From Candidatus Iainarchaeum sp. (lineage in GTDB: Archaea > Iainarchaeota > Iainarchaeia > Iainarchaeales > GCA-2688035), in contig JAFCCL010000001.1 in assembly GCA_017610205.1 (NCBI GenBank), positions 90,805-154,804 of the forward strand: 64,000 nt of DNA, written 5' to 3'. Both the position numbers and the translations under genes were made by a program. The notes below the pieces were generated by a model. The model searched no databases. It was not told where the DNA came from and worked only from the letters and a program-made list of their open reading frames with translations. This document shows positions 56,761-64,000 of this stretch, one piece after another. How positions within the stretch are numbered: position 1 is the stretch's first letter; the number at the start of each line of letters is the position of its first letter.

Positions 56761-56825
56761 ATTTTTTCGGCGAGTAATTTTTTTCGGCGAGTAATTTTTT
56801 TCGGCAAGTAATTTTTTCGGCGAGT
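56760..56825. repeat. Minisatellite, 4 x AAT(6-7)CGGCRAGT (16-17 bp)
   Basis: Contiguous units at 56760, 56776, 56793 and 56810. Confidence 0.92.
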
Positions 56826-57076
56826 GATTTTTTGAATGGCGCACAATTTTTTTTTTTAAGAAATTTTTTTTCCCAGAAATTTTCTTTTAATGAATTTTTA
56901 TTTTTTGTTTTTCTTTTTTTTTAATAATTTTTTGTTTCCTTTGAGGATTTTTTCTTTTTTTGAGGATTTTTACAAAAAATGCGATTATGTATATTTGCTT
57001 TTATTATGTTTAATTCGCAGGCAATTGCTTTAAATTTGTTTTCAATAAGAATTATCTCTAATCTTATAATTCGGGG

Positions 57077-58207
57077 GTGCCTTATTTGGAGAGTGTGGTA
57101 AAGAAAGCTATTAAGCGGGCAAAAAAAAGGCCTGTTAAGGTCAAGACATCAGCTAAAGCAGCGCATGATAATGAAGATCTTATTAAATTGCTTGAAACAG
57201 CCAGAGCAAAAATTAGTGTGGTAGGAATTGGCGGCGGCGGATGCAATACAATTGAAAGAATGACTGAAGTAGGAATTACTGGTGCTGAAACCTTTGCTGT
57301 TAATACAGATGCACAGGATCTTTTGAATGCTATTGCTGACAAAAAGCTTTTGATTGGAAGGGAATTGACAAGGGGTCTTGGTTCTGGTTCTGACCCCAGC
57401 GTTGGAGAAAGCGCTGCAAGGGAATCCATTGAAGAGCTTGAAGATGTTTTGCACGATTCAGACCTTATTTTTATTACCTGTGGAATGGGTGGTGGAACTG
57501 GAACAGGTGCTGCTCCAATGATTGCAGAACTTGGCAAAGGAATGAAGGCTTTGACTATTGGTGTTGTAACACTTCCTTTTACTGTTGAGGGAAGGAAGAG
57601 AATGGAGAATGCTTTGACTGGATTGGCTACTTTAAGAAAGTATACTGACACAGTGATAGTAATTCCAAATGATAAAATTTTGGAAATTGCACCTGACTTG
57701 CCTGTGAATGCTGCCTTTAAGGTTGCTGATGAGGTTTTAACAAATGCTGTAAAGGGAATTACTGAAATGGTTACAAAGCCAGGTTTGATTAATTTGGATT
57801 ATGCTGACCTTAGAACAATTTTAAGCAGGGGTGGTGCAGCAATGATTGGATTGGGTGAATCTCATACAGATGAAAAGGGAGAAGCTCGTGCTTTGGAAGC
57901 TGTTGAAAATGCCTTAACAAGTCCTTTGCTTGATGTTGATATTACCGGGTCCAACAGGGCTTTGGTTAATGTAATTGGCGGAGCAGATATGACTTTGAGG
58001 GAAGCTGAAATGATTGTTGAAACTGTTTCAAGCAAAATTCATGCAAATGCACATATTATTTGGGGTGCAATGATTGATGAAAATCTGCCAAGAAACCAAA
58101 TTCAGGCAATGGTTGTTATTGCAGGCGGAAAGTTTCCCTACTTGCAGGACCTTGACAAAATTGACTTGTCTGAACCAATTGATTTGGGAATAGACTTTAC
58201 TGGCTGA
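57077..58207 (+). CDS. ftsZ: Cell division protein FtsZ (FtsZ1 type)
   Basis: GIGGGGCN, NTDAQDL, GMGGGTGTG, LINLDYAD; followed by secE-spt5. Confidence 0.97.
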   Translation: MPYLESVVKKAIKRAKKRPVKVKTSAKAAHDNEDLIKLLETARAKISVVGIGGGGCNTIERMTEVGITGAETFAVNTDAQDLLNAIADKKLLIGRELTRGLGSGSDPSVGESAARESIEELEDVLHDSDLIFITCGMGGGTGTGAAPMIAELGKGMKALTIGVVTLPFTVEGRKRMENALTGLATLRKYTDTVIVIPNDKILEIAPDLPVNAAFKVADEVLTNAVKGITEMVTKPGLINLDYADLRTILSRGGAAMIGLGESHTDEKGEARALEAVENALTSPLLDVDITGSNRALVNVIGGADMTLREAEMIVETVSSKIHANAHIIWGAMIDENLPRNQIQAMVVIAGGKFPYLQDLDKIDLSEPIDLGIDFTG

Positions 58208-58277
58208 AAAAAGCCAGATTTCTTTTCTTTTTAATACTTTCTTCTTCTAATTTTTCTTAATACAAAAGGTTTTTTTT

Positions 58278-58466
58278 ATGGAACTGCATTTGATGGAAAA
58301 TTTGAGGGCATTTATTGCAAGCAGCAAGCGTGTTTTTGTTATTGCAAAAAAGCCTGACTGGAAAGAATTTGAAACAATGGCAAAAGTAACAGGCGTTGGA
58401 ATACTTATAATTGCCTTAATTGCCTACGTGATTTTCCTGTTTTTTGCCTTTGTTTCGGTTGTGTAA
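58278..58466 (+). CDS. secE: Protein translocase SecE/Sec61-gamma
   Basis: RVF.IAKKPD..EF...AKVTG.G plus a TM helix. Confidence 0.92.
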   Translation: MELHLMENLRAFIASSKRVFVIAKKPDWKEFETMAKVTGVGILIIALIAYVIFLFFAFVSVV

Positions 58467-58522
58467 CTGCCTTTTTGGGCTTTACAAAAACCTTTTTAAT
58501 TGTTACCAGATTAAAGATATTC

Positions 58523-58562
58523 ACTGAGATAGGGCTATTAGGTTCTAATTCGCCCTCTTCAG
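58523..58562 (+). promoter_or_regulatory. Stem-loop in the probable 5' leader of the spt5-rpl11 transcript
   Basis: CTGAG.AGGGC.ATTAG-GTT-CTAAT.GCCCT.TTCAG, starting about 25 nt after a TATA-like TTTTTAAT. Confidence 0.45.
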
Positions 58563-58634
58563 AGTTTATTTGTTTGTGTTGAAAGATGTAAAAAAATATT
58601 GAAAAATGTTGAGAAAAAAAAAGGTGAACGAAAA

Positions 58635-59075
58635 ATGATTTTTCCGGTTAGAACAACTGTTGGACAGGAATCCCTTGTGGTAGACATAATTACAAACAGG
58701 TCAAAGCACGAAGAAATTCCTGTTTACAGCATTAGCGTAATTCCAGGACTTAAGGGCTATGTGCTAATTGAAGCAAAGGACGAGCTTTCGGTTAGAAGAA
58801 GCATTACAAACACACCACATATTAAGGGACAGGGAATTGTTAAGGGCGCAGTAAAAATTGAGGAATTAAGCAGCTTGCTTGAATCAAAACCTTTAATGCA
58901 GTCAATTGTTGTAGGTGCAAAAATTGAACTAATTGCCGGGCCATTCAAGGGCGAAAGAGCCAGTGTTTTAAGGGTTAATCCAACAAAGGAAGAGGTAACA
59001 GTTGAACTGCAGGAAGCGGCAGTAAAAATTCCTGTTACAATAAAAGCAGAGCATATTAGAATTATTAAGGAATAA
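58635..59075 (+). CDS. spt5: Transcription elongation factor Spt5 (NusG)
   Basis: RTTVGQE, LKGYV.IE, KOW motif GPFKGERA.V, IPVT. Start at ATG 58635 after GGTGA. Confidence 0.95.
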   Translation: MIFPVRTTVGQESLVVDIITNRSKHEEIPVYSISVIPGLKGYVLIEAKDELSVRRSITNTPHIKGQGIVKGAVKIEELSSLLESKPLMQSIVVGAKIELIAGPFKGERASVLRVNPTKEEVTVELQEAAVKIPVTIKAEHIRIIKE

Positions 59076-59114
59076 ATGAACTAGTAAAATACATTGAAAT
59101 TATTTAGGGTGTGA

Positions 59115-59597
59115 ATGAAAATGACAGAGATTAAGGTTTTGGTTGAAGGCGGAAAAGCATCTGCTGGTGCACCACTAGGCCCTGCTTTGGGTCCTTTGGG
59201 TGTAAACATTGGCGACGTTGTTGCCCAAATTAATGAAAAAACCAAAAGCTATGCAGGAATGAAGGTTCCTGTAATAGTTGAAGTTGACGCCGGCACAAAA
59301 ACCTTTGAAATTTCTGTTGGAAGCCCTCCGACAAGTGCTCTTATAAAAAAAGAAATCGGGCTTGACAAAGGAAGTTCAAATCCAAAGGCTGAAATTAAGG
59401 GAAACATTTCAATGGAACAGGTAAAAAAGGTTACTGAAATGAAAATTGAAAAGCTTGCATCCTACAAAATGAAAAGTGCAGCAAAAGAGGTTATTGGCGT
59501 TTGCAACAGCATGGGCATTACAGTTGAAGGAAAGCCTGCAAGGCAGGTAATTAAGGAAATTGACGAAGGAAAGTTTGACGAACAGTTAAAAGACTAA
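59115..59597 (+). CDS. rpl11: 50S ribosomal protein uL11
   Basis: VEGGKA..G.PLGPALGPLG, PPTSALIKKE, GVC.SMG. Confidence 0.97.
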   Translation: MKMTEIKVLVEGGKASAGAPLGPALGPLGVNIGDVVAQINEKTKSYAGMKVPVIVEVDAGTKTFEISVGSPPTSALIKKEIGLDKGSSNPKAEIKGNISMEQVKKVTEMKIEKLASYKMKSAAKEVIGVCNSMGITVEGKPARQVIKEIDEGKFDEQLKD

Positions 59598-59655
59598 AAA
59601 AAAGGGCAAAGAATTGTTTTTTAAAGCTTTCAGTGGAATTTTCTTTATAGCATTT

Positions 59656-59730
59656 AATTGGTTTAGAGAGTCTAATTTTGACTCCGATTACCACATCCTT
59701 TTTTTCGAAAAAGGCACTGTGGGAGGTTTT
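59656..59730 (+). promoter_or_regulatory. Structured leader of rpl1; candidate L1 autoregulatory site overlapping the SD
   Basis: TTACCACA / CCTTTTT-TTCG-AAAAAGG / TGTGGGAGGT nested stem, plus an upstream GAGTC/GACTC hairpin. Confidence 0.6.
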
Positions 59731-59735
59731 AAGAA

Positions 59736-60413
59736 ATGCAGAAAAAAGATATAATGCAAGCTTTAAAGACAATGCGCGAAAAAAGCAAGGAAAGAAAGTT
59801 TACACAATCAATTGAGCTAATTATAAATTTCAAAGACCTTGACACAAAAAAGCCAATAAACCAAGTTGACGTAAAGGTTACAATGCCAAACCCAACCGGA
59901 AAAAAAGGCAGTGGAAAAACACTTCTTTTTGCAAAAACAAAAGACTTTATTGAATCAGTAAAAGGCCAATTTGACCGAATCATAGAAGAGCCTGAAATTG
60001 CAAAACTTAAGAAAAAAAACATTGCGCTTATTGCAACAGAATTTGACATTCTTTTAGCAGAAGGACAGGTAATGATTGCCGTTGGAAAATATTTGGGACA
60101 ACAGCTTGCTCCAAAAGGCAAAATGCCAAAACCTGTTCAGCCAAACAAAGCAATAGTTGAACAAACCCTTAAAACAATGGGAAACGTTACAAGAGTTACA
60201 AACAAAAAAGGAAAATTTATGCCACTGGTGCAAACAGTAATTGGAAACGAAAAAATGGACGATGAACAACTTGCTCAAAATGCAATAGCTATATCAGACG
60301 CAGTTACAAAAGAACTTCCAAGAAAGCACCAAAACATCAAATCCATTTATGTAAAAGAATCAATGAGCCCCTGCGTAAAGCTTGGAGCAACAGTAGAGGC
60401 TGAAAAAAGATGA
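59736..60413 (+). CDS. rpl1: 50S ribosomal protein uL1
   Basis: RKFTQSIELIINFKDLD, LG..LAPKGKMPKP, IG.E.M, N.KSIYVK.SM. Confidence 0.96.
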   Translation: MQKKDIMQALKTMREKSKERKFTQSIELIINFKDLDTKKPINQVDVKVTMPNPTGKKGSGKTLLFAKTKDFIESVKGQFDRIIEEPEIAKLKKKNIALIATEFDILLAEGQVMIAVGKYLGQQLAPKGKMPKPVQPNKAIVEQTLKTMGNVTRVTNKKGKFMPLVQTVIGNEKMDDEQLAQNAIAISDAVTKELPRKHQNIKSIYVKESMSPCVKLGATVEAEKR

Positions 60414-61519
60414 CCTCTCACACAAAAAAATGGAAAGCAGAGCAAGTTTTGCAGCTACAACAGCTTGCAGATCAGTATTCAATAATTGCAATTGCTTCAC
60501 TGCAAAATTTCCCAGGCGCACTTGCAAAAGAGCTTAGGAAAAAATTGCAAGGAAAAGCAATAATAAAAGTTACAAAGACAAGAATTATAAAAAAAGCACT
60601 TGAAAATTCAAAACACGACATTTCTTCACTGAATGAACACCTCAAAGGAAGTGTTGCAGTAATATTCAGCGAAATAAACCCATTTGAACTTTATTCGCTT
60701 CTTAAAAAGAACTCTGTAAACATGCCTGCCAAAGCAGGACTTATTGCACCAAACGACATAGAAGTTCTGGCAGGAGACACCGGAATACCTCCTGGTCCGG
60801 CTTTGTCTGACTTAAAGGCAGCAGGGCTTAAAACAGTAATGCAAGGAGCAACAATTTCAATTGCAGAAAACAAAATTGTGGCCAAAAAAGGAGAAGTTAT
60901 TTCAAAAGGAGTTTCAGGAGCCCTTTCAAAACTTGGCATAAAACCAATAAAAGTAAGCCTTTCAATAACAAGCGCGCTTGAAAACGGTCAACTCTACCTA
61001 GGCGAAGTTCTCAATATTGACATTGATGCAACAAGACAAAATTTTGCAAAAGCAGCAAAAACAGCATTCAACATCGCAATTGAAACAGTATACTTTACAA
61101 ACCAAACAATGGCTGTTCTTATAACAAAGGGCTACAAGAACGCAAAAGCGGTTGCACTTGAAGCAAACATTCTTAACCCGGCAACAGTTGAAGACGTACT
61201 TGCAAAAGCAAACGCACAAGCGTCTGTTCTAAAAGCAAAAATTCCAAACACCATGCCGGAAAAAACTGCAAAAGAAGAAAAAGCTGGTGAAGAAAAGAAA
61301 ACCGAGGAAAAACCAGCAGAAGAAAAAGCTGAGAAAAAACCAGCAGAGAAAGAACCAGTAAAAGAAGAAAAAGCTGGTGAAAAAACCGAGGAAAAACCAG
61401 CAGAAGAAAAAGCTGAGAAAAAACCAGCAGAGAAAGAACCAGTAAAAGAAGAAAAAGCTGGTGAAAAAACCGAGGAAAAACCAGCAGAAGAAAAGAAAAC
61501 CGAAGAAAAAAAGGAGTAA
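60410..61519 (+). CDS. rpl10: 50S ribosomal protein uL10 (P0) with repetitive K/E tail
   Basis: KWK, LRKKL, NPFELY, AK.G.IAP.DI...GDTG.PPGP, L.KLGIKP. Confidence 0.95.
   Translation: MTSHTKKWKAEQVLQLQQLADQYSIIAIASLQNFPGALAKELRKKLQGKAIIKVTKTRIIKKALENSKHDISSLNEHLKGSVAVIFSEINPFELYSLLKKNSVNMPAKAGLIAPNDIEVLAGDTGIPPGPALSDLKAAGLKTVMQGATISIAENKIVAKKGEVISKGVSGALSKLGIKPIKVSLSITSALENGQLYLGEVLNIDIDATRQNFAKAAKTAFNIAIETVYFTNQTMAVLITKGYKNAKAVALEANILNPATVEDVLAKANAQASVLKAKIPNTMPEKTAKEEKAGEEKKTEEKPAEEKAEKKPAEKEPVKEEKAGEKTEEKPAEEKAEKKPAEKEPVKEEKAGEKTEEKPAEEKKTEEKKE
61298..61494 (+). repeat. 84-bp in-frame tandem repeat (about 2.3 copies) in the uL10 tail
   Basis: aaaaccgaggaaaaaccagcagaagaaaa recurs at 61298, 61382 and 61466; unit KTEEKPAEEKAEKKPAEKEPVKEEKAGE. 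Confidence 0.92.
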
Positions 61520-61557
61520 TTATTTTTTTATTAAAAAAATAAAACGGAGGGAATAAT

Positions 61558-61860
61558 ATGGAATATGTCTACACTGCGCTTTTGTTGCATGCTGCCGGAA
61601 AAGAAGTTTCTGAAGCAGCCGTAACCAAGATTTTAGAAGCAGCTGGAACAAAGCCTGATAGCGCAAGGGTCAAAGCACTAATTGCTTCATTGAAAGACGT
61701 AAACATTGAAGAAGCAATAAAAAACGCTGCGACAGTGCAGGCAGTTGCTGCAGCACCAGCTGCGGCAGGCCAAGCACAGCCAGAAGCAAAGGCAGAAAAA
61801 CAAGAAAAAAAGAAAACAGAGGAAGAAGCAGCAGAAGGCTTGGCAGGATTGTTTGGCTAA
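61558..61860 (+). CDS. rpl12: 50S ribosomal stalk protein P1 (L12p)
   Basis: MEYVY.ALLLH, Ala-rich hinge, EEEAAEGLAGLFG. Confidence 0.97.
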   Translation: MEYVYTALLLHAAGKEVSEAAVTKILEAAGTKPDSARVKALIASLKDVNIEEAIKNAATVQAVAAAPAAAGQAQPEAKAEKQEKKKTEEEAAEGLAGLFG

Positions 61861-61865
61861 AAGCC

Positions 61866-61897
61866 TTCACTTTTTTCTCTTTTTTCTTCACTTTTTC
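61866..61897 (+). terminator. Oligo-T/pyrimidine tract, probable archaeal terminator
   Basis: ttcacttttttctcttttttcttcactttttc directly after the rpl12 stop. Confidence 0.5.
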
Positions 61898-61975
61898 AGT
61901 GATGGATAACTGTCTAAGGCAGTTGTCTGCAAACAAAAACCTATTTAAATCACATTATCCTTACTATTAATTGCT

Positions 61976-64000
61976 ATGAAGAAAGCATTAATCTTTTTTT
62001 TAATACTATTACTGTCAACAAACTGCCTTGCTGTAATTGAATCAGATTCCCTGAAAGTTTTTGCTGTAACAGACCAGGGAAATGCAATGGTATCAGAACT
62101 TATTCTAACAATCAAACCAGGCACTGGAATGATTTGGACCGATATTGAACCATTTGTCGGCACAAGTACACAGTCAACCGCCAAAATTGCTGTTGAAACA
62201 GCACGCGATTACAGTAACGCTGTTGAAAAATATGACTATTTTTTTGACATAAAAAGCGATGCATCACTTGTAGAAGGTCCAAGTGCCGGAGCTGCAATGG
62301 CCCTGCTTGTTATCTCAATGCTGCAAGACAAAGTCATACCAGAAGAAGTAGCATTAACCGGTACAATTACTGCTGAAGGAGGTGTTGGTTCTGTAGGAGG
62401 TGTTTTTGAAAAGTCAAAAGAAGCGGCAAAAGTTGGAATAAAGCTTTTTATGATTCCTCCAGGTGATTCAAGACAAACTGTTAAAGAAGGCGGAGAAGTA
62501 AAATCAATAAACCTAATAGACCATGCAAATAAAAACTGGGGCATTAAAATTATTGAAGTAAACAACATTGATGAAGTATTGTTTTATGCCTTTACTGAAA
62601 TAGAGTCAATTGATGTAAACACACAGCAAGTTCCCCAAATAGATTTTATTCCTGACAAAATTAACTTAAATAAAAATTTGAATTCAATGAAAATTCTTAC
62701 TGAAAAATATCTTTTTGAAGCAAAAGATTCAGTAAGATCAGCAAAAACCGCCTTAAGCGGAACAATGCTTAACGATCCATTACTTATTGATGCAATGCTT
62801 TCCTACCTGAATGAAAGTGAAAAATCTCTTGCAATAGGAGAAATTCTCTACGAGCAAAATTACATTTATAGTGCAGCAAACTATTCTTTTCTTGCAACAA
62901 TTAACAGCAATTTTGTAAAAGACATTTCTGAAAATCCAGCAATTATTTCAAGAACTTCCACTGCATTCAACGACAAAGTAAACAAACTTTCAAACAATAT
63001 TGATTCACTTGCATTTGATCTAAACAAGTTTATTCCTGTTAACGACTTTGAATGGCACATTGCCGCCAAAGAACGACTAAGTTGGGCAAAACTTAAAATA
63101 AATAACATAGAGGCCTCAGATAATATTGTTATAATTGTTGAACAAAACGGTCTTGACCTTGAAAGAGTTGGAGAAATAATGGATTACGAATATGCACTTG
63201 CGTGGTATTCTGTTTCAAAAGACTTTTTTGAAATGACAAAAGAATCAACAGTAGGGGTATTTCCAGATTCAGCTCTTAAAGAGCTTGCAGATTCATATAT
63301 TGCAAATGCAGAAAATAGCTTTGAAGCTTTGAATGGCCCAGAAGCCGAAGACATTAAAAGACGTCTTGACAGTGCAAAAATGATGCGTGGAGGAGGCTGG
63401 CTTTACGCAACCTTATTTGATTCTTCCTCAGCACTTGCCCTTTCAAATTCAAAAATATTTTCAAAAGACAAAGACCTTGGAGAGCTTCAAAACGCACTTC
63501 TTGGAAGACTTGTACTGCTTGACCAAAAAATAAACGAAAACGAAAACAACTTTGTCTGGGCAAGACTTTATCTTGACCATGCAAAATTCTACCTTGACAG
63601 CTCTGAATTCTACAGCCTGCAGGATCAACCTGCTCTTGCTATTGCAAGTGCAAAAAGCGGACTTGACCTGGTTTTTTTGGCTGAAGGCGTTTTTGATGCA
63701 GCAAATGCAAGTTATAACCACATAAACGAACTTCCGCCAGCTAATTTTGTTAAAATTTCTTCAGGATGGCAGGAAAAACCAGAATTTGAAGATTCATTAT
63801 ATGCTATAATTCTCCTATTAGTTCTTGTTGTAGCACTAATACTTTTTGGCATTATTACTTCTGAAAAAAAGTTCCATTTCCTAAAGCCATTTTCTTTTGA
63901 AGACAACCTTGATGACATTCTCAAACAACAAAGAAAGCTAAGGAAAAGATTTGAAAAAAGCTATATCAAAAAAGAACAATTTGAAATTCTCAACAAGCCT
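61976..64000 (+). CDS. Secreted, membrane-anchored Lon-type (S16) serine protease without ATPase domain; 3' end runs off the window
   Basis: Not in the ORF track. Signal peptide MKKALIFFLILLLSTNCLA, VEGPSAG (Ser), ALTGTI, VGGVFEK (Lys), long helical region, TM helix near 63800-63860. Confidence 0.85.
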   Translation, partial: MKKALIFFLILLLSTNCLAVIESDSLKVFAVTDQGNAMVSELILTIKPGTGMIWTDIEPFVGTSTQSTAKIAVETARDYSNAVEKYDYFFDIKSDASLVEGPSAGAAMALLVISMLQDKVIPEEVALTGTITAEGGVGSVGGVFEKSKEAAKVGIKLFMIPPGDSRQTVKEGGEVKSINLIDHANKNWGIKIIEVNNIDEVLFYAFTEIESIDVNTQQVPQIDFIPDKINLNKNLNSMKILTEKYLFEAKDSVRSAKTALSGTMLNDPLLIDAMLSYLNESEKSLAIGEILYEQNYIYSAANYSFLATINSNFVKDISENPAIISRTSTAFNDKVNKLSNNIDSLAFDLNKFIPVNDFEWHIAAKERLSWAKLKINNIEASDNIVIIVEQNGLDLERVGEIMDYEYALAWYSVSKDFFEMTKESTVGVFPDSALKELADSYIANAENSFEALNGPEAEDIKRRLDSAKMMRGGGWLYATLFDSSSALALSNSKIFSKDKDLGELQNALLGRLVLLDQKINENENNFVWARLYLDHAKFYLDSSEFYSLQDQPALAIASAKSGLDLVFLAEGVFDAANASYNHINELPPANFVKISSGWQEKPEFEDSLYAIILLLVLVVALILFGIITSEKKFHFLKPFSFEDNLDDILKQQRKLRKRFEKSYIKKEQFEILNKP

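Noticed and set aside
56760-56825. CRISPR array
   Set aside because: Units are 16-17 bp and contiguous, with no unique spacers; no cas genes in the window.
35-63924. Numerous 60-240 aa antisense or alternative-frame ORFs (e.g. 5429-6160, 45827-46522, 49299-49919, 57082-57651)
   Set aside because: They lie wholly opposite or within well-supported genes, are Phe/Ser/Leu-rich mirror translations, and show no motifs.

Overview
Archaeal chromosomal DNA, AT-rich and gene-dense. TBP, Rpo4, eL21, uL16/L10e, SecE-Spt5-uL11-uL1-uL10-P1, AglB and GGTGA-type Shine-Dalgarno sites establish an archaeon. AMP phosphorylase plus ribose-1,5-bisphosphate isomerase, bacterial-type pyr genes and orphan basic proteins are most consistent with a DPANN lineage, possibly Iainarchaeota/Diapherotrites (inference). 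Layout: (1) 1-37.7 kb is a mostly minus-strand surface-glycan island, open at the left edge. It is headed by AglB, an AglH-like GlcNAc-1-P transferase and split Alg14/Alg13-like genes. It also holds about 10 GT2/GT4 enzymes, a GT-C membrane protein, nucleotide-sugar enzymes, and many tailoring enzymes: four cobalamin-binding radical SAM proteins, one SPASM radical SAM, two methyltransferases, a sulfotransferase, a deacetylase, an AlkP-family enzyme and a GT2-GNAT fusion. A free-standing LAGLIDADG cassette separates rmlB from rmlA. (2) 37.8-44.1 kb holds information-processing genes and a solitary 5S rRNA. (3) 44.1-55.2 kb has AMP phosphorylase and R15P isomerase bracketing a de novo pyrimidine cluster interleaved with orphan basic ORFs. 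(4) 56.3-64 kb has a VIT-like gene, a 4-copy minisatellite and T-rich tract, the ftsZ-secE-spt5-ribosomal protein cluster with a candidate permuted L1-binding leader, and a truncated secreted Lon-type protease. No CRISPR array, tRNA or transposase was recognised. All calls come from reading motifs by eye; no database searches were run.
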